From contig JBBIUN010000017.1 of NCBI GenBank assembly GCA_037440225.1, forward strand, positions 4,703-68,702: a DNA stretch of 64,000 nucleotides. The letters are read 5' to 3'. The position numbers and the translations under genes were made by a program. The notes below the pieces were generated by a model. It ran no database searches. It was not told the origin of the DNA and was given only the letters and a program-made list of their open reading frames with translations. Positions 1 to 8,333 of this stretch are shown here, piece after piece (position 1 is the stretch's first letter; each line of letters begins with the position of its first letter). The stretch is from Gemmatimonadota bacterium (GTDB taxonomy: Bacteria; Gemmatimonadota; Gemmatimonadetes; Gemmatimonadales; GWC2-71-9).

Positions 1-1
1 G

Positions 2-325
2 CTGGGGATCATCTACGTCTCGATTCGCGAGTTCGCCGAGCTGGCCGATCAGTTCATCATCGGGATCTGGCCGTTTTACGCCTTGGGAGTCGCGGCTACG
101 TTCGTGCTGCGCCGAAAGCGGGCGGACCTCGAGCGGCCCTATCGGGCGTTCGGCTACCCCGTGGTTCCGGCACTGTTCTTGCTCGCGGCCCTGTACTTGC
201 TGGGGAACTACATGGTATCCGAACCCGTGCTGTTCTTTGCCGATGTGGGGGTGATCTTGACGGGCATTCCCGCCTACTTTTGGTGGGAGCGCCGCAGCCG
301 CCGCGCTCACGCGATCGTGACTTGA
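2..325 (+). CDS. Amino acid (APC family) permease, C-terminal fragment; 5' end lies outside the window
   Basis: The frame is open from nt 2 (LGIIYVSIREFAELADQFIIGIWPFYALGVAATF...), so the gene starts upstream of the 83 start in the track. Hydrophobic TM segments and an RPYRAFGYPVVP-type loop are typical of APC permease C-termini. Confidence 0.5.
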   Translation: MGIIYVSIREFAELADQFIIGIWPFYALGVAATFVLRRKRADLERPYRAFGYPVVPALFLLAALYLLGNYMVSEPVLFFADVGVILTGIPAYFWWERRSRRAHAIVT

Positions 326-404
326 CGGATACCAGCCAGGGGGTTCTTTTTGGCGTGCCCTTGGTTACCTGTAGGACCCATCCCTGAAGGAGACAAGCGA
401 AGCT

Positions 405-3400
405 ATGCGTAACCCAGTTCGTGCGCTCAGCGCCACGGCGGGGGCGGTGATCGGGCTAGCGGCTTGGGTCTCGTCGCTGGCCGCGCAGGGTGTCACCACC
501 GCCTCGGTGCGAGGGCGGGTCGTGGACGAGCAGGGTGCCCCGGTGGAACAGGTCACCCTGGTGCTGTTGAACACGGCTACCGGCCAGCGTTTCCAGACGG
601 TCTCCCGCGCCGGCGGCTTGTACAACCTCGAGAACGTACCCGTGGGCGGCCCTTACACCCTCACCACCCAGATGATCGGCTTCCAGCCGGTGCGGCGGAC
701 CGACATCGTGCTGCGCCTGGGACAGGCCCTGGACCTCGACATCCGGCTCCAGCGCACTGCGGTGCAGCTGCAGGAAATCGTGGTGACGGCGGTGGAGCAG
801 GACCCCCTCACCAACAAGTCTCGGACCGGTGCTTCGGCCTTCGTCAGCGATACGGCCATCAGCCGCCTGCCCGCCTTCAGTCGCAACTTCACCGAGTTCA
901 TCCAGACGGCCCCCCAAGTCGTGGGAACGTCCGTAGCCGGGCAGAACAACCGGTTCAACAACATCCAGATTGACGGCGGGGTGAACAACGATCTCTTCGG
1001 CCTGGCAGCCAGCGGGGTGCCGGGAGGTCAAGCCGGCGCCCGGCCCATCTCGCTGGAGGCGGTCAAAGAGTATCAGATTCTGATCGCACCCTTCGACGTA
1101 CGGCAAGGCGGATTCACCGGCGGGCTCATCAACGCGGTGACCAAGGCGGGCACCAACGACCTGCACGGGTCGGCCTTCTTCTACTACCAGAACAAGTCGC
1201 TGGTGAGTTCGTTCGTGGACTCGACCGGGACCAAGATCCCCTTGGCCGACTTCAAGCAGGCCCAGTACGGCTTCACCCTGGGCGGCCCGATCGTCCGCGA
1301 CCGGGTGCACTTCTTCGTGGCCACCGACCTCAAGGCCCGCAACGCGCCGTTCTCGGGTATTACCATTGGGCCCGATACCACGGGCGGCAAAGACTCCGCC
1401 GGCGTGGGCATCCGGCAAGCTACGGCCAACCGGGTGCAGCAGATCCTCACGACCAAGTACGGCTTCGATCCGGGTTCGTGGGAGGCGCCCACCCTCAACC
1501 AGCCGGACGCCAACGTGTTCGGCAAGCTGACCGCGCAGTTGGGCACCAACAGCCAGCTCGAAGTCTCGTACAACCGGGTGCAGGCTTCCGACGACAACCT
1601 CATCCGCAACCCCACCGCCACGGGATTCCGCGACGGCTACCAGCTCAGCAACAGCGGCTACGACTTCAAGTCGGTGACCAACACAGTGCGGGCCAAGTGG
1701 AACGCCGCCTTCGGCACCCGACTGTCCAACGAGGTGATCCTGGGCTACCAGCGGGTGCGGGACCACCGCGAGCTGCCCAACCGGGTGCCGCTGATCTTCG
1801 TGGGCGGCGACCGGGCCGGCACCAACATCGCGGCGGGCGCCGAACGATTTTCGCACGACAACCTGCTGAACCAGGACATCTTCGAGGTCACCGATAACCT
1901 CACCCTGGCCTACGGCAGCCACCTGGTGACGGTGGGAACGCACAACGAGTTCTTCCACTTCGAGAACCACTTCTTCCCGGCCTCCCTCGGCGTGTGGTCG
2001 TTCAGGAACGCGGACTCCCTGGAGGCCGGCAAGCCCAACCGCTACGAGCGCGCCCTGCCCGGCACCAACAGCCCCAATGCGCTCTGGAGCGTGCGGCAAG
2101 TGGGCTTGTACGCGCAGGACCAGTGGCGGATCCAGCGCTTTACGCTCACCGCCGGCCTCCGGGCCGATCTGCCGATCCTGGACCGGCCCACCCGCAACCC
2201 GGCCCTGCAGACCGCCCTGCTCATTGACACCCACGCCTTCCCGGCTCACAACATCCTCTGGTCACCCCGACTGGGCTTCAACTGGGACGTGACCGGCAAC
2301 CGCGAAACCGTACTGCGCGGCGGTGTGGGAGTCTTTAGCGGGCGGCCGCCCTACGTATGGGTGTCCAATGCCTTCACCAACACGGGCCAGGAACAGCTTA
2401 CCCTGGTCTGCACCGGCGCCAGCGTCCCGACCTTCACGGTGGACCCCAACGCCCAACCGACCACCTGCGGCGGCGGCGCCGTGGCCCCCACGCCGGCCAT
2501 TGTGTACTTCGATTCCACCTTCAAATTCCCCCAGAACCTGAAGGCGGCCCTGGGCGCCGACTACCGGCTCCCAGGCGACGTGATCGCCACCGTGGACTTC
2601 GTCTATACCCGGTGGCTCAACCAGTTCTACCTCACGGATACCAACCTGGTGGGCCAGGTGGGCACGGCCGCAGGCGAGGGTGGCAGGGTGCTGTACGGCA
2701 CCATCAACCCGGCGACCGGGGCAGCGAGCCCCACGCGCCGCAGTACCAGCTTCAGGGACGTGATCTTCCACCGAAACGAGAGCCAGGACCGCTCCTACAG
2801 CCTGACGCTCCAACTCCAGCGTCGCTTCGGCGGCCTGGAGTTCAGCGGCGGCTACACCTACTCCCGGGTGGAAGACCTGATGTCGCTGACCTCCAGCATC
2901 GCCAACTCGAACCTCAGGTTCGCTACCCTGGACGGCACGCTCTCCCGGCGCAACCTCCGGCGGTCGGTGTTCGATATCCCCCACAAGATCACGGTGAGCG
3001 GTACCGCCACGTTGCCCTTGGACGTGCGGTTCGCCCTGATCTACACCGGCCGGTCCGGCTCGCCGTTCACCTACACCGTCTCCAACGACGCCAACGCCGA
3101 CGGCCTGAGCGGCAATGACCCGGTGTACGTGCCGCGCGACACCAACGACATCACCATGAGCACGGGCGCCAACTTCACCGCCTACAACGCCTATATCAAC
3201 GGCGAGAAGTGCCTGAGGGAGGCGCGCGGAACCATCCTGCGCCGCAATACCTGCCGCAACCCCTGGGTCAACTTCCTGGACGCGCGGCTCACCAAGGTGG
3301 TGCGCACGGTTTCGAACCAATCGCTGGAACTCAACCTGGACGCCTTCAACGTCCTCCGGCTCTTCAAGTTCCTGGACGAGGACCTAGGGCTGGTCCGCCA

Positions 3401-3560
3401 AACCGCGGCCTTCGAAGAGCAGTCGCTGCTGCGCGTGACGGGTTTCGACACGGTGAACAACCGGGCCCGCTACGCCTTCGCTCCCGGCAACCCCAAGGAG
3501 CGGATAGATCCCATCGCCTCGCGCTGGCGGATCCAGTTGGGCGCGCGGTACGTGTTCTAG
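405..3560 (+). CDS. TonB-dependent outer-membrane receptor with N-terminal carboxypeptidase-regulatory-like domain
   Basis: 1051 aa. Signal peptide (…SSLAA|QGV). CarbopepD_reg-like segment (VRGRVVDEQGAPVEQVTLVLLNTATGQRF…GGLYNLENVPVGGPYTL). Plug-like region, long beta-barrel, and a C-terminal …GARYVF aromatic terminus. SD-like gaaggag sits upstream. Confidence 0.8.
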   Translation: MRNPVRALSATAGAVIGLAAWVSSLAAQGVTTASVRGRVVDEQGAPVEQVTLVLLNTATGQRFQTVSRAGGLYNLENVPVGGPYTLTTQMIGFQPVRRTDIVLRLGQALDLDIRLQRTAVQLQEIVVTAVEQDPLTNKSRTGASAFVSDTAISRLPAFSRNFTEFIQTAPQVVGTSVAGQNNRFNNIQIDGGVNNDLFGLAASGVPGGQAGARPISLEAVKEYQILIAPFDVRQGGFTGGLINAVTKAGTNDLHGSAFFYYQNKSLVSSFVDSTGTKIPLADFKQAQYGFTLGGPIVRDRVHFFVATDLKARNAPFSGITIGPDTTGGKDSAGVGIRQATANRVQQILTTKYGFDPGSWEAPTLNQPDANVFGKLTAQLGTNSQLEVSYNRVQASDDNLIRNPTATGFRDGYQLSNSGYDFKSVTNTVRAKWNAAFGTRLSNEVILGYQRVRDHRELPNRVPLIFVGGDRAGTNIAAGAERFSHDNLLNQDIFEVTDNLTLAYGSHLVTVGTHNEFFHFENHFFPASLGVWSFRNADSLEAGKPNRYERALPGTNSPNALWSVRQVGLYAQDQWRIQRFTLTAGLRADLPILDRPTRNPALQTALLIDTHAFPAHNILWSPRLGFNWDVTGNRETVLRGGVGVFSGRPPYVWVSNAFTNTGQEQLTLVCTGASVPTFTVDPNAQPTTCGGGAVAPTPAIVYFDSTFKFPQNLKAALGADYRLPGDVIATVDFVYTRWLNQFYLTDTNLVGQVGTAAGEGGRVLYGTINPATGAASPTRRSTSFRDVIFHRNESQDRSYSLTLQLQRRFGGLEFSGGYTYSRVEDLMSLTSSIANSNLRFATLDGTLSRRNLRRSVFDIPHKITVSGTATLPLDVRFALIYTGRSGSPFTYTVSNDANADGLSGNDPVYVPRDTNDITMSTGANFTAYNAYINGEKCLREARGTILRRNTCRNPWVNFLDARLTKVVRTVSNQSLELNLDAFNVLRLFKFLDEDLGLVRQTAAFEEQSLLRVTGFDTVNNRARYAFAPGNPKERIDPIASRWRIQLGARYVF

Positions 3561-3592
3561 CAGCACCTGAATCTCGAGCGAAATGCTTGCGG

Positions 3593-3628
3593 CCGGGGCT
3601 CTCACCGCGAGAGCCCCGGTCCGTTTTA
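3593..3628 (+). terminator. Intrinsic terminator after the TonB-dependent receptor gene
   Basis: Perfect 11-bp stem ccggggctctc(3593-3603)/gagagccccgg(3609-3619), 5-nt loop, followed by tccgtttta. Confidence 0.7.
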
Positions 3629-3655
3629 CCAGCCGCCACGTGATATATTCTGGTC

Positions 3656-4609
3656 ATGATCCCGCCCACCGCCACCGATCTCGTTGCCGAAATCCGGGAA
3701 CTCAAAGCCCGGCGCGGCGCCGCCATCCTGGCGCACAACTACCAGCGACCCGAAATCCAGGACCTGGCCGACGTGGTAGCCGACTCCCTGAAGCTGGCCC
3801 GCCAGGCGACCACCACCGAGGCTCCGATCATCGTGCTCTGCGGCGTGCACTTCATGGCCGAGACCGCGGCCATCGCCAACCCGGACAAACGGGTCTTGAT
3901 CCCGGACCTGGAAGCAGGATGCTCCCTCGCGGCGACCATCCAGCCCGAGGACGTCCGCGCCTGGCGGGCCCAACACCCCGGCGGCGTGGTGGTGGCCTAC
4001 GTGAACACCAGCGCCGCCGTCAAAGCCGAAGCCGATTACTGCTGCACCTCGGGAAACGCGGTGGCCGTGCTCCGCGCGCTGCCCCCCGACGTGCCGGTCC
4101 TCTTTGTGCCGGACTTCTTCCTGGGCAACTATCTCCGGCAGGTGACCGGCCGCCCCATGGACGTCTGGCTGGGCGAATGCCACGTGCACGCGGGGCTCAA
4201 GGCAGAAGCGATAGCCGCCAAGCGGCGAGAATACCCCGACGCCGAGTTCTTGGTCCATCCCGAGTGCGGCTGCGTCTCGCAGACCCTCTATGGCCTGGCC
4301 ACAGGGAACGTCGCGCGGAACGGCACGCACGTGGTATCCACCGAGCAGATGATGGAACGGGCCCGCTCCTCGCCAGCCCGCCGCTTCGTGGTGGCTACCG
4401 AAACGGGCGTCCTGCACCGGCTGCGGCGCGAGAATCCGGAGAAAACGTTCTACCCGCTCTCCGAGGAGGCCCAGTGCGGCTACATGAAGAAAATCACGCT
4501 GGAAAAGCTCCGGGACTCGCTTCGCGACCTTAAACACGAGGTCACCGTACCTCCGGCCATCGCGGCTCGCGCCCGGCGCGCGATCGAGCGGATGCTGGCC
4601 ATCGGGTGA
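3656..4609 (+). CDS. nadA: Quinolinate synthase NadA
   Basis: 317 aa. HNYQRPEIQDLAD…VLCGVHFMAETA…VAYVNTSA…CTSGNAV…HPEC motifs are typical of NadA. Confidence 0.9.
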   Translation: MIPPTATDLVAEIRELKARRGAAILAHNYQRPEIQDLADVVADSLKLARQATTTEAPIIVLCGVHFMAETAAIANPDKRVLIPDLEAGCSLAATIQPEDVRAWRAQHPGGVVVAYVNTSAAVKAEADYCCTSGNAVAVLRALPPDVPVLFVPDFFLGNYLRQVTGRPMDVWLGECHVHAGLKAEAIAAKRREYPDAEFLVHPECGCVSQTLYGLATGNVARNGTHVVSTEQMMERARSSPARRFVVATETGVLHRLRRENPEKTFYPLSEEAQCGYMKKITLEKLRDSLRDLKHEVTVPPAIAARARRAIERMLAIG

Positions 4610-4685
4610 GCCGGCGTCTCCAGAACCGGCCCCGGGCCCGATCGAGCCCGGGAACAAATGTGGCCAAGCACCCAGCGCCGCCCCT

Positions 4686-5528
4686 ATGCTAACCGAGCCG
4701 GCCCCGGGCCTCGCCGAAATCCGCCGGGCGCTCGCCGAAGATCGGGCCCGCCACGATATCACCACCCGTCTCCTGGGCCGGCGCGCCCGCCGGCGGGTGA
4801 CCGGCCGGCTCATCGCCGAGGAGCGCCTGGTGGTGGCTGGGCTGAGCCTCGCGGGGGCGGCCTTTCAGGAGCTGGATCCCGGCATCGCCGTCCAGTACCT
4901 GGTGGAAGAGGGCGCATGGGCCGACCCCGGGGCGGTACTCGCCAGCCTGGCGGGCAGCGCCGCCGCCCTGCTCGGCGCTGAACGCACCGCCCTCAATTTC
5001 CTGCAGCGACTCTCGGGCATCGCCACCCTCACCCGCCGCGCGGTCGAAGCGGTGGCCGGCACCGGAGCCGTGATCACCGACACGCGCAAGACCACACCCG
5101 GCCTCAGGGCCCTGGAGAAATACGCCGTGCGCGTGGGCGGCGGCCTCAACCACCGCACCTCTCTGGCCGACGCCGTACTCTGGAAAGACAACCACTGGAC
5201 GCTCCTCGGCGAGGGATCGCTCGCCGAGGCTCTGGCCCAAGCGCCCTCGGGAGTGCCGGTCATCGTGGAAGTGGAAACCGAAGCCCAGCTCGAGCAGGCG
5301 CTGGCGGCCGGGGTCAAACGCATTCTGGCGGACAATCAGCCGCCCGAGCGCATCGCCCAGTGGGTGCGCCGCGCGGGCCCGGGCGTGGCGATCGAAGCCT
5401 CGGGGGGGATCGGCCTCGAAGCGGTGCGGGCCTACGCGGAGGCCGGAGCCCGTTACATCTCCATGGGCACGCTCACCCACTCGGTGCGTGCCGCCGCCAT
5501 CCGGTTCGATCTCGACGCGGGCGCTTGA
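4686..5528 (+). CDS. nadC: Nicotinate-nucleotide (quinolinate) phosphoribosyltransferase NadC
   Basis: 280 aa. ERTALNFLQRLSGIAT…DTRKTTPGLRALEKYAVRVGGGLNHR…LWKDNH. Adjacent to nadA. Confidence 0.9.
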   Translation: MLTEPAPGLAEIRRALAEDRARHDITTRLLGRRARRRVTGRLIAEERLVVAGLSLAGAAFQELDPGIAVQYLVEEGAWADPGAVLASLAGSAAALLGAERTALNFLQRLSGIATLTRRAVEAVAGTGAVITDTRKTTPGLRALEKYAVRVGGGLNHRTSLADAVLWKDNHWTLLGEGSLAEALAQAPSGVPVIVEVETEAQLEQALAAGVKRILADNQPPERIAQWVRRAGPGVAIEASGGIGLEAVRAYAEAGARYISMGTLTHSVRAAAIRFDLDAGA

Positions 5529-5673
5529 CGCAGATCCGCCCCTCGCTCCCCCGGGGTTCCTTAAGACATAGACCGTGCGGCGACCGCGGACTGGATCTAC
5601 GTGCCCGTCTTTTGGCCGCCGGAAGTTTGGAGGCGCTCAGGATCGGGGCCAGCGTGCGGCACCGCCGTGGGGC

Positions 5674-6756
5674 TTACGTGGGCGCCCGCTTGACCAGCCA
5701 CAGGCCGGCCCCGCCAAAGATCAAATTCGGCATCCATGCCGCGAGGGTGGAAGGCAACAGCCCGCTCGCACCCACCGCCTTGGACAACTGGACCAGGGTG
5801 AGAAACACCACCGTGATCGCCAGGCTCAGCCCGATGCCGAACGCTCCGCCCGCCCGCGGTGCCGTGAGCGCCAGCGGCGCGCCAAAGACGGCCACCACGA
5901 GACAGGTGAGGGGAATCGCGAGCTTGAGCGCCAAGTCCACTCGGAGCTTCCGGGCATCACCCCCCGAGCGCTCCAGCCACTCGATGTAGCGCTCGAGTTC
6001 GCCGTAACGCATCTCCTCGGGGTCCTTGGGCTCCGCCAGCAGAGCGGCGGGCGTCTCCACCAGGTTGCGCATCCGCATCGAGTCGAAAGCGAACGTGAGC
6101 GCCTCGCCCGGCCCCGGCACGATCCGGAACCGGCCCGCGGCCAGGGTCCAGCGACCCGTCGTGTCCGCGTACGTGCCGCGCTCGGCCTGCACCACCAGCG
6201 TGGGATAGGCCGCGCTGGTCCCCTCCCGCTCCAGCACCGGGTCGCGCATGGCCCGCTCCGGTGCATCCAGGGCGCGGACGGCGTACACCCAGCCTTCATC
6301 CGCCCGATACACGAAGTTGTATCGGCTGGTGATGGAACGAATCTCGCGCTCCCCCAACAGCTCCGCCTGGCGTCGCTTGACGATGGGAGAGACTTCACCC
6401 AGCACGAGCCCCAACAGCGCCGCGAGCCCCGCCGCCACCAGCGCCGGCAGCGCCAGGCGGTGAAAGCTCTGCCCCGAGGCCTTGCCCGCCACCAACTCCG
6501 AGTGCCGGCTCATGCTCCCCACCGTGAACACCGTGGCAAACAGCACCGCGGCCGGCAGGATGAGAAACACCTTTTCCGGCAGACTATAGACGTATCCCAG
6601 CGCGATGGCGGAGGGCGCCAGGCCGCGAGCGAGATACTCGTCCAGCTTGTCGGTTAGTTCCAGGATGATGGCCACCAGCGGGAAGCCGAGCGCGCTGAGC
6701 AGGAAGATCTTGCCCCACTCCCTCAGGAAATAGCGGTCCAGCAATCGCACCCGCAT
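5674..6756 (-). CDS. LptF/LptG (YjgP/YjgQ) family LPS export permease
   Basis: Start trimmed to the ATG at 6756 (MRVRLLDRYFLREWGKIFLL…), a typical family N-terminus. Six TM segments with a periplasmic insert. This ATG shares 1 nt with the upstream gene's TGA (tgatg). Confidence 0.75.
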   Translation of the reverse strand: MRVRLLDRYFLREWGKIFLLSALGFPLVAIILELTDKLDEYLARGLAPSAIALGYVYSLPEKVFLILPAAVLFATVFTVGSMSRHSELVAGKASGQSFHRLALPALVAAGLAALLGLVLGEVSPIVKRRQAELLGEREIRSITSRYNFVYRADEGWVYAVRALDAPERAMRDPVLEREGTSAAYPTLVVQAERGTYADTTGRWTLAAGRFRIVPGPGEALTFAFDSMRMRNLVETPAALLAEPKDPEEMRYGELERYIEWLERSGGDARKLRVDLALKLAIPLTCLVVAVFGAPLALTAPRAGGAFGIGLSLAITVVFLTLVQLSKAVGASGLLPSTLAAWMPNLIFGGAGLWLVKRAPT

Positions 6757-8264
6757 CACGACTGCTCCTGCCTCCGGCCGATCCTCTTCCACCGCCGCCA
6801 GCGCCAGGTCAGGCTGGTGAGCCGCCCGGCGGCCAGGGGCCGGCGAAGCTGCCATAGACCCACGAGTCCGATCGCCGTGAACAACACGTTCGGCGTCCAC
6901 ATGGCCCAGAACGCGGGAATGATGAGGCGGTTGGCCAGCGACTCGCCGCCGATCAGTCCCACGTAGTAGATGGTGAACACCACCAGGCTCACCCCGATGA
7001 CGAACCCCGTCCCGCCGCCCGCAAATCGAACCGCGGCCGGCACTCCCACCAGCACGAACACGATGCAGGCCGCCGCGATGGCGTACTTCTTGTGGAGTTC
7101 CACGAGGTAGTTGGCCGCCCGGATCTCGGCGCTCCGCTCCCGGTCCCGCCAGGTCAACAGGTCGGGCAGCCGCGGGCGCTCGAGCTTCCCCGTGGTAAAA
7201 GCCCGCCGGCCCGGCTCGTTGAACCGCTCCAGCATGGCGCTATCTGGCCTGCTGGGTGGGCGGCGGCGCTCCTGGGCTCTGAGTTCCAGCGGCAAGAGCC
7301 CGGCGGCCACCCGCCGCAACAGCTTGCAGTAGGGACTGTAGTCCCCCAGAGGGACTACCGTATCCGGCGCCACCGGCTGAAGCCCGACCAGCGCCCGGAC
7401 CCCGTTGTCCCGCGCCGCCCGGTTGCGCCGCGCCGAGATCTCGGCCTCCCGGCGCGCCGTCCGGATGATGTGCTCCATTTCGCAAATCCCCATCTCCCGG
7501 TCGCCCTTGTAGTCATCTTCGGCAGTCCGGGTCAGCACGTTCCCCACCCCTTCCACCCGGATCACGTTGCGCCGGAACTGCGCCTGCTGGAACGTCCGGG
7601 CGTCGCTCCGGCTCAGCTCGTGCAGCACGCCGTCGTACAGCGTGAGATAGAGCACCTCCTGGTCGGGCGAGAGCGCCATCCGGCCGCTATCGGCATAGAT
7701 GATCCGCTTGCGGTCCTGGTCCGAGAGGTCGTAGATCGTCACGTCCCGCAGGGCGAAGGTGGATTGGTTGATCCGGGCCGCGCGCAGGAAGAACCGGTTG
7801 CGCTGCACCTCGTTGATCGCCTGCTCCTTGAGCGAGAAGGTGGGCTTCTTGCGGCTGATGTCGGTCAGCAAGGTGCGGAGCCGGTGGTTGGAACGGGGTA
7901 ACACTTGGTCGCTGAACAACAGGGCCAGCACCGCGAGCCCGGTGGCCGCGGCGAGCAGAGGGGCCATGATCCGGCCGAGGGAGACCCCGCCCGCCTGCAT
8001 GGCCGCGAGCTCGTGCTCGGCGGCCAGCCGGCTGACCGCATACAACACCGCCATGAGCACGGCCATGGACAAAGTCGTGGTGACGATGAAGGGTATGGAG
8101 AGGGCAAAAACCTCGACGATGACGCTCCACGGCAGGCCTTTGCCCACCAGATCGCCGAAACGGCGCGCAATTTGGTTCAGCAACTGGAACGCCGTGAGCG
8201 CCGAGAGGGCAAACACGAATGGAACCAGGTGCTGCTTGAGAAGGTACCGGCTCAGAATGCGCAT
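6756..8264 (-). CDS. LptF/LptG (YjgP/YjgQ) family LPS export permease with enlarged periplasmic domain
   Basis: Start trimmed to the ATG at 8264 (MRILSRYLLKQHLVPFVFALSALTAF…). The 249 upstream codons of the 751-aa track ORF are Gly/Arg-rich antisense of the neighbouring gene. Confidence 0.75.
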   Translation of the reverse strand: MRILSRYLLKQHLVPFVFALSALTAFQLLNQIARRFGDLVGKGLPWSVIVEVFALSIPFIVTTTLSMAVLMAVLYAVSRLAAEHELAAMQAGGVSLGRIMAPLLAAATGLAVLALLFSDQVLPRSNHRLRTLLTDISRKKPTFSLKEQAINEVQRNRFFLRAARINQSTFALRDVTIYDLSDQDRKRIIYADSGRMALSPDQEVLYLTLYDGVLHELSRSDARTFQQAQFRRNVIRVEGVGNVLTRTAEDDYKGDREMGICEMEHIIRTARREAEISARRNRAARDNGVRALVGLQPVAPDTVVPLGDYSPYCKLLRRVAAGLLPLELRAQERRRPPSRPDSAMLERFNEPGRRAFTTGKLERPRLPDLLTWRDRERSAEIRAANYLVELHKKYAIAAACIVFVLVGVPAAVRFAGGGTGFVIGVSLVVFTIYYVGLIGGESLANRLIIPAFWAMWTPNVLFTAIGLVGLWQLRRPLAAGRLTSLTWRWRRWKRIGRRQEQS

Positions 8265-8333
8265 GGCGGGACGTAGGCGCGTTGGCGTATCCTCCGGCGG
8301 GTCAGTATAGCCTACCCCGCCCCCGGCTCGAAA

